Shown here in pieces: positions 24,261 through 36,895 of a stretch of DNA of 62,670 nucleotides; the stretch's first letter is position 1, and each line of letters begins with the position of its first letter. Source of the stretch: Aplysia californica (lineage: Eukaryota); NCBI RefSeq assembly GCF_000002075.1, contig NW_004797286.1:826668-889337 (forward strand), given 5' to 3'. The position numbers and the translations under genes were made by a program. The notes below the pieces were generated by a model. It made no database searches. It was not told the DNA's origin and was given only the letters and a program-made list of their open reading frames with translations.

Positions 24261-27200
24261 GTAAGACAGACTTTTGCAATTTGTATTAGTTTCAAGTTAA
24301 TTGTGATGTTAGATCCTCTACTCTTATATCTTTTCCCTTCAGTATGAATAATGCATCATTGATTTCAATGCCCTTCAAATGTAATTTACAGTCTGTATGT
24401 GAGACAGTCGCAAATTTTGTGAACTGATTTGGGTTAATCTGTCTTAATAAGTGCTCCATTTATGGAGGGAAGCTACTGAGACAACAAAATTGTTGTATTA
24501 ACATATACTACTGAAATACAGTTGTGAGTGTTTTCCTGGTGACAAAAAGGGGTTGATAAAATTAAAACTACAGTCGAACCTGCCATGATGGCCTCCTGTA
24601 TAATACGACCACCTGTACAGACTGGCACTTTCCATTTTCCCCCTTGCTTTTTTTCAATATAATTTAAGTGTGTAAAATGATCACCTGTCCAATGCGGCAG
24701 TGGCCACCTTATTTTATCAACCCAGAGTCAAATTTACATACCTCAGGCAGCCAGGCATGGTCTCTATAATCGCCCAATGCTCTGTCATAAATTCTAAATC
24801 GGCCTTTGGCGCTATGGACGGGCCGTCATTACCCATTCACCTGTCATTCTTGTTAGTCTCTAAAATGAATGTTTACCCAAGTTGACCAATGGGTAACAAT
24901 ACATTTTCAACTTCTGGTGAGGGAAGTGTTTTTCCGTCATAAACTATAAGCCGTGCCCACAACTCACACAAATTGTACGTGAAGTGACTGGTCACTGTTT
25001 TGTTTACCTAATCCATAACAAAGTAACAATAGACGTTAACGTGAACTTGCGACAAAAGCGTTGTTTGTTCTCCAAGGGGTGGCGACTCAGTGTTTGTTTT
25101 ACCTCGAAGCTCGGTCTTCGTCTTACTTTTTAAAATTTTATCCTTTCACAAAATCAGCAAACAGAAAGCTAACCAAAAAAAAACAACAATAAAAAAACAA
25201 CAGAGCAACAACATCTTCCATGTTCATGTTTGAAAGTAGAAAGAAACTAATCAGATGATCCCTCATTACTTTTATGTGTAGGCCTTTACCTTATGTGTAC
25301 TTAAATAAAAATTATTGGACTACACTTTGACATTGTTAATATCTTGTGTAATATTTTTTTCAGATGTTCCTACTCCAAAGAAAGAACACAACCGTGTTGT
25401 CATTCATTTTGACATAGATTGCTTCTATGCTCAAGTTGAAATGATTCGTAATCCAGAGTTAAGGTCGAAACCATTGGGTGAGTGGCATCTGATAGATATA
25501 TGTTGTCAGTAGTTTGAGTGCTTGAGACTAGTTTTTAATGTCTTCAGCTCAGGGATAAAATTTAAATTTGAATTTGTTTGATCTTTCTGTTTTTCTATTA
25601 AATCAAGCATCTGACTTGTCTGGAAGGTATAATATATTTGCCCCAATGATATGACCGGCTAACCCCAGTGGATCAAATTTTACAGGAGAAGCAAACAATT
25701 TACTTGGTATGATCACGTAGCAACCTGGTTGGTGGCTTTATTTCTGAAGGTTTGAGGGTGGTTCTACTGTCAAAATTCAGACCTGTCTTTGACTGAGCAT
25801 AAATGAAACGGATACTTTGCTATGGATTTGTCAATTTTAAAAATAGATCCTTTGTGGGTATTCTGGTCTTTTCATAAGGGGAGGTTGCTATCTGTGTGAA
25901 ATCGGGCGCTTATCAAAATAATGGAATCAAAGAAACATACATTTTTCCACCCTTTGGACAATTTTTTATCGAATTTTGTCCATTCAAGAACACATTTCAG
26001 TGTCAATTTTGCTGAAAAACGTTAATGAAAGGTACAAAAAAATGTAAATTTGTAGTCTTCGAGGACTATCAAGCTTTGTAAATTTTCCTTCAACACCAAG
26101 AGACCCCACCTCCTTCAATCACAAATATCTCGACTTCTATTCAAGATACAGGGGTGTTTATACCATCAAAATCAAGACAAATGGACAAGCTTTAAGATGA
26201 TATCAAAACTTTATACCCAAAAACTGAGGAGTGCCTGATTTGGACGTATTGCAACACATATGAATTTTTGCCTTTAGAGATGACCATGTTTTGAGAGTTT
26301 TTTCAATGAAGCACAATCTTGTCTTTTGTTTTCACTATTGCGGTAGTAGAAATAACCTGCTGCGTAGCTGTTCTTTGCCTTTTTTGTTTGTAATAACAGA
26401 TGTGGTTTCTTCAAACTTTTCTAAAATCAATTTGTCAGAGATATAACGAATAAGAGACATAATGTACTGACATTAAATGAGTATATGAAAGTCCATGGTT
26501 TGATCATTTTAAGAATCTGATGTCATGATTATTGACAGGGAATAGGGAATTTTAGAGGCTCTCTTATACTGGCTCCCTCATTTTGTGGATGAGTACCAAA
26601 AACAATACCATCTTTAAGTCTTTCATTTCTATGCTCATACATTTTTTTGGAAAAATTGTATCATTTGAGGGAAAATATAGTTCAATTCATACTCAGTTTT
26701 TAGTTAATTCTTGCTTTTTATCTCTCTTTTTATGTTATAGGCATTCAGCAAAAGAACATTGTGGTGACCTCCAATTACATTGCAAGGGAAAAGGGTGTGA
26801 CTAAACTCATGTACCTGACTGATGCAAAAAAAAAGTGCTCAGATTTGGTTCTTGTCAGCGGAGAAGACTTGACAAACTATAGGCACATGTCATACCAGAT
26901 TTCAGGTTAGTTCTTTTTGTTGATGGTATAATAATCATAAAAAATTCTTTATTATTCATTGCATAGTTTCAAAGGATTTGTTGCTAAATTGATAAGAATG
27001 AAGTGCTGTTTTGGCCAACTGCTCGTCTGCACTTAGAATTGTAAGTTATACCAAACGAGGACCCCAATGGAAGAACAAGAGAAGTGACATTTGGCAATAT
27101 TTTGAATAACTCTCTTTGTATTTTACTAGTTTCTTTATCTTTCGCCTACCAATATTTATGTGATGATCTATCATCCTGAGTGAACTGAAAAGAAATACCA

Positions 27201-30200
27201 GGCATCCTGTGAAAGCAACAGTATTAGTTAAAAAAAAAGAAAGGAAGTCCTTCTAAATGTTTCAGTTGTTTTTCTCAAGGATGGGAGAATGAGACCAGGC
27301 CTGTTCTTCAGTGGAGTCAACATTACTTCAAAGAATGTAATGGTTTTGACTGAGAAATCTACAAGATTAGTTCAAAGAATTTTTCTTTATTTGGATTGAC
27401 TAGCAAACTGACATTTATCTTCTTTCCTTTCAGTGTCCTCTGTATGTTTTTCTATTTGATATACATTATTACAGGGAAACCAATTTCATAGCCTGTAAAG
27501 TTGTTATGAGCATTTTTCTTACATTATTATCAGTAAATACATGCCATCAGTGTCACAAGCAAAATGGGAAGAGATTGAAACGCTGAAATTACAGGGAAAA
27601 CAAAAAGCAATCTGAGCTTACTTTTTTTTCTCCCAAGACTTCACAAGATTTTTGGCTCAAGAAACTTTGAATAGACCTGAGCAATAACAAGTGCTATAAA
27701 AACATTTGTGTAGACAGATACATACACAATGAACATAATCATTTGGGGGTTACCTCATCGGTTATGATTTTTTAATCTGAAAAACAGCAAATCTATATAT
27801 CTATATCTTTTAAATTTGAGTTTTTATTACATTTAAGGGAGTCTGAAGAATTTGTCAGGGGAAGTATACATTGTAAGTGTGTCATAGTTTTGTCACTAAT
27901 TTTCTGCTTTAAAACCAATTCTTCTTCCAGAATTCTTGCAGAAGTACAGCCCAATTGTAGAACGCTTAGGTTTTGATGAGAATTTTGTCGATGTGACGGA
28001 AATAGTGGACCATCGCTTTATCCATGGAGAGTGCAAGGAGCAGTTTGTGGGCCATACCTATATGAATGAAGGTAACTGTCCAGTGAAATCTTAGCATTAT
28101 TTTTGCAGATTTTCAGATATTTTCACACTTACCGGTGATGTTTATCTATGTGTCAGTATTTATGATGAGGATTGGTCATGAATTCTTTGGGGCAGTGTTG
28201 AATTAATATTTTATATTATATATTTTGCTACCCATTAAGTTTAAAACTAAAAGTTTGAAGCGCTTTTTTCTCTCCAGAAGAGTTGATGAAACACTTGAGG
28301 TTACAGCTTGAATTTGTTTCAGACATGAGTCCTGTTTTGCTATTTATAAGTGAATGAAAATATTTTCCCCCTTTCAGATTCTTCTCAACAAACTACCTGT
28401 ACTTGTGGATGTAAACTGAGGCTACAGATTGGTTCCCAAATTGCTGCTGATATGAGAGAAGCTCTACACAAAGAGATGGGTATAACATGCTGTGCTGGGG
28501 TGGCTCACAATAAGCTATTGGCCAAACTGGTAGCCGGAACACACAAGCCCAATCAACAAACATCAGTTCTTCCTCATCAGTCTCTTAGCTTAGTGTCGCA
28601 GCTGCCCTCAGCACGGTCCATTCCAGGTGAATTCATGAGCTGATTTAATATAGGGGTTTTGACTGTAACCTCATAGTCTGAAGGTCCATGGTTCAATCAT
28701 TTTAAGAATCAGGCGTGATTATTATTTTCAAAATGTATAAATGACATGACGTACTGAGGTTAAACGAGCATCTGAAGGTCTCTTGTTTGATCATTTAAAA
28801 AATCTGGGTTCTTCGTTATTTACAGGGAATCTCTTTTACTGGCTCATTCCTATTTCAGACAGAGATTAAACTATGGGTACCAAAAATAATTCCCTCTTGA
28901 ATTTTTTTTTTCTTCTATGAGGAAATTTGATTAGGGCTAGAAAAACAAAGCAAAACTGAAACTGCTTATCAAACTAGGGGTGGAGGGATGGAAGGGGGTG
29001 AGGAGATAAATTTGTGGAAGAAAATTTGTTTTACACTGACATAATTGCGATCACACATATTCCAATAATTTCAAACAAAATCAAGCCATTTGTGGTTGCT
29101 GGATTGCAGTCCCTTGTTTTGTGTACATAAATTGCTGAGTCCTCTTGAGATAAAAGGTATGTTAAGTATACCATCAGTGCTTTGAGATAAAAAGTGTCAT
29201 GCCACTTTAGGTAATAACTGGTTATTTATTTACCCGGTACTGAAAGAAAGAACAAAACCAGAAAGTATATAGTTTCCCTTTCAGGTTCTGCAGATGAGTA
29301 CTTTTTATTCTATGGAAGTTATCAGTTTTTTATATTTGTCATTTTAGAGAGGGAATTCAAATGGTTTCTACAATCCTTTCTCAAAAGGGAGGGGAGAGTG
29401 TATTTTTCGGGAGTTTAAAGTACATTTTTTTCGGCCAGTGGGGTGTTGGTTTGTCACTTTTAAAAAAACTGACAAACTGACTTGGGAACTCTTGTTCAAT
29501 TTTCTGTTGGAGTTGGAGATGTCCTGAATGAGGCACAGAAAGACAAATGAGGTATTAGGTTCAAGATAGTAAGTTTTTGTAAGTAAATTATTGAATAGTC
29601 AGAATAGGCATACATTCTTTTCATCTCGTTGCTTCACAATCGTAGTTTATGTGAGAGATGGCCTTAAAAGATAAGAGGGAAAGTTGTTTTAGGTGAAGGA
29701 ACCTAAAGAAACAGGCAGGCTCAGTGTTTTCAAAGTGCTGAAAGAAAACTATGGTCAAATACATACGGTTCAGCGCAATGTATTTTAAAAGAGAGAAATT
29801 GGTGCCTGGGTAATGATTATTTTGCATACAGTTTGTCATGCACATAGCAAATTCTTTCTGTAATGGACGTATTTCACTACGTAAGTGTTTTAAATACAAA
29901 GGATATTGCGTAAGTAAAAATTCGGTACTTGAAAAATTTGTCCGTTTTTGTGTTTCTCTATGTGAGTGTTTGCTATATGTGTGCAGGAATGTATCTCCTA
30001 GTAAAGCAATCAGTGAAATGTATAGCTACTCATAATTTTATGGCATTCAAGTGGCTTCATAAAAAAGTTGAAAACCTCTCCTCTCATCTATGGCACATGG
30101 AATGATGGATTAAATGAAGGTTGTTTTTGGGGATTAGAATTAAACTGTTCAAACAATAAACAGCTAGAATTGCCATTTGTGTCATGATGCGGTGGAATCA

Positions 30201-33200
30201 GGTGCTCGTCAAAATTTGGGCATGTGGAGTTGTTGGAAGTATTGTAAAGCTTGTTCTCTTGTTTTGCTTTTGACAGTAAAGAAATACTCAGCTATGTTCA
30301 ATAGATGTTGAGGTATTCCAGATTGAAGGAGGTGAAGTCACATGGTTTTAGAGGTAAAATTAGAGAGAAAATGGCTGACAAAATTTGGTAATCAGCGTTT
30401 TTCAGTAAAAGCCAAAAAGCATTGAGTTTTGAAATTAACCTAGATGGTACTGAGCCGAAAAATTAAAATTTGATAAAAATTGCCGAATGGGAAGAAAAAT
30501 ACAGTATTCTTTGATTTTATTATTTTGACGAGAGCTTAATTTCACTACGATGCCTCTCATTTCTAAGCAATAGCTTAAACAGTTTTAAGGGCACCACTGG
30601 ATCAAGCATCTAAACGTAAATTTTTTTTCAAAAGTCCTTAATAAGGGCCTGTCTCATTGTATTATTATTGGCTTACCCATGCTCATCCCTCCCTCTCCCA
30701 CAATCCTATAATAACAGGTATAGGGTCGAAGTCAAATCGGCGTCTGCAAGCAATGGGAATTAGTTCTGTGCGAGATCTGCAGGCTGCTGAGATGAGCCTG
30801 CTTGAAGGGGAGTTCGGCTCTGCCACTGCTAAGCTGCTGAGAGAACTCAGCTTTGGCATCGATGACTCACCAGTGACCACTTTTAGTCTGCCTCAGGTTT
30901 GTTGGTCTGCTTTGAATTAAAGAAAAGCTCCTATTAGTGTAATCTTTTAGTAATGTTCGGAACATCGTTCCAGTTTTCTTTCTTCACGTCATAAGTGCCA
31001 TGAACAATTCATAAAATGAAGTCTTGGCTGTCATTTTTAATGTTTAGTCCATAAACAAAAATGGTATCTCAGCTCGTGTCTTTACAAAATTTTCGGTTGA
31101 TATCTGATGGCATCTTTCTAAGTTATGTATGCCAGCGGCTACAGACACGGTATAATTCACCAACAAATGCAATATGCATTTCTCTTGTGTCCTCCATGGT
31201 AAAGCAGGCACCAACATTTAGCATATGTGTATCTTTCTTGTTCTCTTAAGACTTGAATTTTACTGGGTAGGCAGATTTAAGATTTTTATATGAATAACCC
31301 CACAATATTTGTTGTCAGTTTAACACCACTGAGTCTGGGTAGATATATGGAGCAGTTGTTAAATAAACGATCATTTATTAAAACAGATGTAACTAAGAAC
31401 AAATTGGACACTCTGCAAACACTTGTCTCGAACAAAAACTAAGCCGTGGAAAATAACCACTCTACTGTAGTAAATTTTGAAACATTGAGCTTTTAGTCCA
31501 TCAGTGTATTGCTTTCCTGTGTGTTTGTTTCTTTTTAGAATCATCATAGCTAGATCTGTCAGTCTTATTGTATGGGAGAGAAAAACAATATGAAACTGAT
31601 CAGTGTCTTCAACTCTTGAAAAATTAATTGATTCTTTACATTCAGACTTTGAGCGACGAAGACTCCTTCAAATGTTGCAGTGAATACTCTGATGCAGAAA
31701 AGCGGATCAAAGATCTTCTTCTTAGCCTTCTACAAAGGTTTGCTGCTTTTTGCAAAATGTTTGACTCTTGTATAGCTGCATTTATGACTTTCATTTAGCA
31801 ACTAGAGATGTTTCTTATATTTCGAATTTTTGTGGTCATGACAGCTGTTCTTAATAGATCTTTTTGCATTTATACCCGTTCTATTATTTTCTTCTGACTC
31901 TTAAAAATCATGCTTTTTTGTTTTCTGGGCCACAATGTATTTTGATTCCAGTGGCTCACTAGGTTTTGCTATTGGCTTACTTGGTGCCACTCACTTGAAT
32001 AACTGAATTTCAAGTGCAGGACAGTTAGGTTTGGCTGATTTTTGTCACTTATGTCTGTGGCACTATTTATTTTACTACTTCTCTCGTTAAGCCTTTCAAG
32101 AGAGGAGTGTTAGGTGAAACCGCTAATTTTTTGTGTTATATTGGAAAATCATTGTGCTGATAGTATAAATCGAACCCAAATTTTTTTTTATTCCCTCAGA
32201 GGTCAAAGTTAATTGTTCATTAATGTCTAGCTTTAAGAGTACAATGAATTGATTTGATCTAACTCTGATTGTAAGAACCTAACCATCCAGACAAAACGTA
32301 CACTTCACTTAAAATTGTGAGCCTAGCAGATTTCGGTGCCGCAAGTGCCCTGCCTTACTAAAAACCTGTATCTATCTGACAACGTGTTGAAGTTGTGGTG
32401 GAAAAAAATATAAATTGTGCTCTCCTCAAATGCTTTTACTTTGCTGAGATGTGGAGTTGTAATCATTTCAAGTTTTTCAAGCTCTTTACAATTTTTACTG
32501 CTTGACCGTGTTTACTTTCTTGTGGCATGTCTGTACCTTTTGAAAGTTGTCCCAAAGAAATGAGGAGGGGGGATTGGGTCGGCGGGGTGCATTTTACTAT
32601 GCAGTCAAAATTGTCAAAGACGGTCACCCATTGTGAAGGACAAAAGGGGTTATCTTAGACAGATGGACATCTTGGACAACATCATTGTTATCTAAAAAAT
32701 GTAAGGGTGGAAGTGGGAAGTGGTTGTCTGTACAGGTGATTGTCTTGGACAGGTGGCCATTAAGGCAGGTTCAGCTCTATTTACTTGTCCATGTTTGCTT
32801 CTATCTACCTGTCAAGCAAACTATTGTCACCGAAGCAGCCCCTCAGGACTTTGAAATGCTTAAAATTTCTTTTTTGCTCAAATTATTGTCCAATGTTTTG
32901 TTTTAGTAAGTGTTTTATGGCACTTACAACTCAATAAGGTCATATAAATGCTGAAGATTAAAAATGTTATGAAAGATTAACAAACACAAAAAAGCAAGAG
33001 AGATAAAGGTGATAGATGTTTGATAGCAAAAAAGGAGCAAACAGCAATAAAGCACCCACCAACCCCCCACATTGTCCATTGATCTTGATATAGAGTTTGT
33101 ACATTTCTGCACCTGTCAGAGTTCTATTGCCATAGTTTTCGAAGCCATATTATAGTTTAAACATTATTTGGTAAATTTAATATTGTTTCAGAGTTGTAGA

Positions 33201-36200
33201 AGATGGAAGGATCCCCCAGACAATTCGCCTCACAGTTAGACGAGTGAAGAATAATTACCACAGAGAGAGTAGACAGTGTCCTGTTCAAGCCAGTATTTTC
33301 AAAAAGTGCCAGAAGAAAGGTGAGTGAGTTAGTTTAAAAAAACAACTGAATAAGACATAATTTTATACTTTCAACTTTTCAGTTGGAGGTCTTCGATGGT
33401 GCTAAAGAAAGGCTGCTTTGATTTGTGATATAGTCTGCAAGAAAGGGGAGATTTTTGGCACACTTAATTTTGAGCTGGAAGCAAAAACTTGAGATTTGGT
33501 CATCCAAAGTGAAAATTTGATTGTTTATACCAAGGGGTACCCCAACATCTTATGTCTATTTTCTGAAAAGTCATTTATTGAAATAAGGTGTATAGGTATT
33601 TTATTTTGATTTATTTCTGACATACTATTTATTTTTTCATCTTCGAAAGTTTTTGACATTCCATTGCTTTTACATTTAATTTCTCCTGTTCTTTGTATTT
33701 TTATTTGTTCTATTTGTTAATTTTTTTGGTGATGTTTATGGTATAACTCTAAAACTTGGTGTGCCTGAGACCAAAGTTTGTCAAGACTGTGTTTTTAAGA
33801 TATAAAGAAATACAGTAGTCTCCCCCTAAACGCACGCCATTTAAAAGCACGCTCCGCTCAAACGCACTCTTTCGTCATCTGACGGGTTTTTTACTATATG
33901 ATTTAGACATAGAAACGCACGGTCATTCCCTCTAAACACACACTCTGATCCGCGAAACACGCCGACAGGTAAAGCTTGACAAGAGGAAATGTTCACAATA
34001 TAAATTGCACAGCTTGCATGACAAGCTTAGAAAAACGGATAGTTGGTGAGAATACCCCTCACGCTGAACAAAAAGAGCGATGGACAGCGTTTTCACACCC
34101 AACTTTCCACAGACACATAGATCTTGGACTGGTGGAGGAAAGGTTGGGGGACTGAAATGTTTTTTGATTGGTCACTGGAAATGCATCTCTGACCCTGAGA
34201 GAAGTTTCTGACTGGTGTTTGGGTGACCGCATGTTATGTTTCGTGTTGTTTAGTTAGACCTAGGCTTTGATGCGCAACACGCGTGAATGCAGTAAAACAT
34301 TAGATAGGCCCTACTCTATAGGATGAAAGATTAGTCAAGTAAGCCTAATCACCTGCGTTCAAAGAACTTATAGATCTAACGTACTTGTTCAACGAATCAC
34401 AAGAGAAATGTTTCTCCGATTGTAGAGATCTATGATTCTGTTCTGATTTCGTTCCTGAATTGGCGGTCGGGGGTGTCGCTTGGAAAGCCACGTGGCTGCG
34501 GCGTCGTCTCTATGACTTTCACCAACAGTTTCCTCTTAGGCTATCTGTTCCCGACATTTTATGGTGCATCATTACATTGAATTTGTTTTTCTGCCCCCCC
34601 CACCCATTCACACCTTTGTAATCTTAACCGCATTGGGGGAATCCTTCACAAAACGCGTATCGTAACTTTATTTGCCCAAAGTGACTCCCACCCCTAAGGG
34701 AGGTCACTAGAATATATCAAGGCAATGAGATGACTGCTTCCTCCTTTTACAAAGGTTCATGTAAACGCACGCTCAGAGGCCCTCCCGAGCACCGTGCGTT
34801 TAGGCGGAGACTACTGTATGCATGTTGAAACTTTGAACCAGTTTTTACTTAGTTCATAGTTTTTTCTAATTTCATACTTTTTTCATCATAACTTCAGTTC
34901 TAGACCAGACATCTTCGAAATCTAAAGTGCAGATTTTACCCAGTAAAGTCCATGTAATGAGGTGGTAAGAAAAAGTAAAAATGTCCGACACATTCCCTTT
35001 TTGCAGCCTGACTCACATTTTCTAAAAAGAAAAAGACAGCACTATTCTTATTGATCAAAGACTCTATACTCGGCTATCTCAAACTGAGCGGTCTCCTCTT
35101 TACTTTTATCTTTCTTTGTAGATATGGAATATTCTATTATACTAATCAATAGTTTTCTTTTTAGTTACACCATATTAAAAAAATATAATAAAGCATTTTT
35201 TTGTTGTCGACTTTTTTCTCAGGATGCCTGGAGACTGCATGCAGAAGCCTGATGCCCATCCTAATGAATTTGTTTTGTAAAATGGTGGATGCCTCGAAAC
35301 ATTTTCATTTGACCCTGATCAACATTTGCTTTGCTAAAATGGGAGAAGCCAGTAACTGTCAGGGGAAAATCAGCTCTTTCTTCTCCAGCAATGATGACTA
35401 CACCAGTGAAAAGGTAGAAATTAAAGTTTCAGGTGCTGTGAGTCCCACAAAGACTTCAGATTTAAAGTTGGATGAGAGTTCAGTTAATACCTGTGGCAAA
35501 GATGAAGATTGTGTGATAAATGAATGCTCACCAAAAGATATTCCTCAAAGTTTATCCTCATCCAGAAAAAATGCAGACAATAGAATTGGACAAGTGGCTA
35601 GCACTTGTGAGTCTGTTGACAAGGATGACAATGAAGCTAGAGCTATCCGTTCTGTCAAAGAAATGGATGTAAGAATGTGCAAGGTTATTCAAAAGTCTCC
35701 TGAGAACAACACAGCAATGTGCAAAGTTACTCAAAAATCTGCTGAGTATAGCACAGCAGTGTGCAAGGTTACTCAAAAATCTGCTGCTGAGTATAACATG
35801 GCAATGCCACAATCAGTGGACACAGACATTCCCTCAGCAGTAACCAATTTACAGGAACTTCTTCCCTCTGGAATTGACTCTGAGATGGTGCTTGAGCTGC
35901 CGAATGGTGTCCAGCAAAGTGTACTAGCAGACTACGGCATCATGGTAGAACAACTTCCTGAAGGCAAACGTTTTGTGCTTATGTCAAGCAGAGTCTCAAC
36001 CAGATCCACTGGCAACACTGGAAAAAGTACAAGGGTTAAGAAACGTTTGTATCCCAGAGACAGTTTATGTGGGCAGAGTAGGTCCACGTCTACCACCAGC
36101 AGTGCGAGTGTTGCTGAAGCAAAAGGTGCCAAATTCAAGAAGGTTACTTTAGATCAATTAAAGGAAGAAAAAGAGGCCTGTGATAGCAGACATGCAAAAC

Positions 36201-36895
36201 CATCTGAATTGTTGAAAGAATCAAGAAGCCCAAAACCAGAACAAGGTACTGAGACAAATAATACTTCAAGTGTTCATTCCAATGAGTCTTCTCAATCTCT
36301 AGAGATCAGAAACAAAAAAGGGAGGACACCTTTTAATTCTGAAAGTGAAGAGGTTATTGAGGATAAGACTTACAATAAGGAAGCTGCTCGTGAGTCACCA
36401 AAGATGTTTTCAGGGCTATTCCCAAGAACAGCAGTTGGTGAAACCATGACTGAAAAGACAGAAATAAATAGAGCGAATGAAAATGTACATGTGCCAAATG
36501 AGCCAGAAATTAGCTTGCTCAGTCCGTCCATGATTAGTGATCAGAAGACAGTTACTCAGTCTAAAGTGCCACAGTTACAGGCAGCTAGATCATATTCTAT
36601 TCCTGCAGTCTCAAGTAGTAGTTCAATTGGAGAGCTAAGTTCACCTCCAAAACTGTGTCCATCATCAAAGTCTCACTTCCGACTGCCTGACCACATAGAT
36701 CCAGACGTTTTTTCTGCTTTGCCCAGCAACATCCAAGGGGAGATCATGGCGCATGTTGTCATGGGCAACAGTCCACCTCGTTCTGTTAGCTCTGATGCAA
36801 ACAAGTCCTTAATGGAGCAGAAAGACTCAAAGTCCACTGAGAAAATAAAATGTAAGAGTCAAAATACTCTCTTGACATATTTCAAAAAGAAATGA
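24194..36895 (+). CDS. POLI: DNA polymerase iota (Y-family), 935 aa; join(24194..24260,25364..25477,26741..26905,27931..28071,28378..28626,30718..30896,31646..31737,33192..33319,35223..36895)
   Basis: Nine exons join in phase (2808 nt). Motifs: RVVIHFDIDCFYAQVEMIRNPELRSKPLGIQQK, GEDLTNYR, ERLGFDENFVDVT, AHNKLLAKLVAGTHKPNQQT, IPGIG, LSDEDSFK, RESRQCP and two UBM-like motifs. DCFYAQVE, GFDENFVD and KPNQQT are typical of Pol iota. The start ATG is tentative because the frame is open back to the acceptor at 24170. Confidence 0.96.
25364..25477 (+). CDS. POLI: POLI exon 2 (catalytic motif I)
   Basis: RVVIHFDIDCFYAQVEMIRNPELRSKPLG; canonical splice sites. Confidence 0.96.
26741..26905 (+). CDS. 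POLI: POLI exon 3 (fingers)
   Basis: IQQKNIVVTSNYIAREKGVTKLMYLTDAKKKCSDLVLVSGEDLTNYRHMSYQIS. Confidence 0.96.
27931..28071 (+). CDS. POLI: POLI exon 4 (catalytic DE)
   Basis: FLQKYSPIVERLGFDENFVDVTEIV. Confidence 0.96.
28378..28626 (+). CDS. POLI: POLI exon 5
   Basis: GSQIAADMREALHKEMGITCCAGVAHNKLLAKLVAGTHKPNQQT...RSIP. Confidence 0.96.
30718..30896 (+). CDS. POLI: POLI exon 6 (thumb/HhH)
   Basis: GIGSKSNRRLQAMGISSVRDLQ...SFGIDDSPVTTFSLPQ. Confidence 0.95.
31646..31737 (+). CDS. POLI: POLI exon 7 (little finger)
   Basis: TLSDEDSFKCCSEYSDAEKRIKDLLLSLLQR. Confidence 0.94.
32602..32778. mobile_element. About 180-220 bp pogo-type MITE family (CAGTCGAACCTGTC..., GACAGGTGGTC motifs); other copies near 8820-8992, 11113-12207 (interrupted), 24571-24720, 41788-42012, 52277-52439
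   Basis: Shared CAGTC(G/A)AA ends and GGACAGGTGG(T/C)C subterminal motif at six loci. Confidence 0.65.
33192..33319 (+). CDS. POLI: POLI exon 8
   Basis: VVEDGRIPQTIRLTVRRVKNNYHRESRQCPVQASIFKK. Confidence 0.94.
33423..35018. mobile_element. Older TGTGA...TCACA-ended element interrupted by a pogo-type MITE
   Basis: TGTGATATAGTCTGCAAGAAAGGG matches the reverse complement of the right end, TGTGAGTCAGGCTGCAAAAAGGG. Confidence 0.5.
33813..34816. mobile_element. pogo/Tigger-like MITE, 1004 bp, in the last POLI intron
   Basis: 24-bp TIR CAGTAGTCTCC(C/G)CCTAAACGCACG with TA TSD. Confidence 0.9.
35223..36895 (+). CDS. POLI: POLI last exon (PIP boxes, two UBMs)
   Basis: LMNLFCKMVDASKHFHLTLINICF, QGKISSFF, LPSGIDSEMVLELPNGVQQSVL, LPDHIDPDVFSALPSNIQGEIM, QNTLLTYFKKK*. 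Confidence 0.95.

Noticed and set aside
36860-36895. C-terminal PIP box as a CRL4-Cdt2 PIP degron
   Set aside because: It lacks the TD dipeptide, and the protein ends before the +4 basic position.
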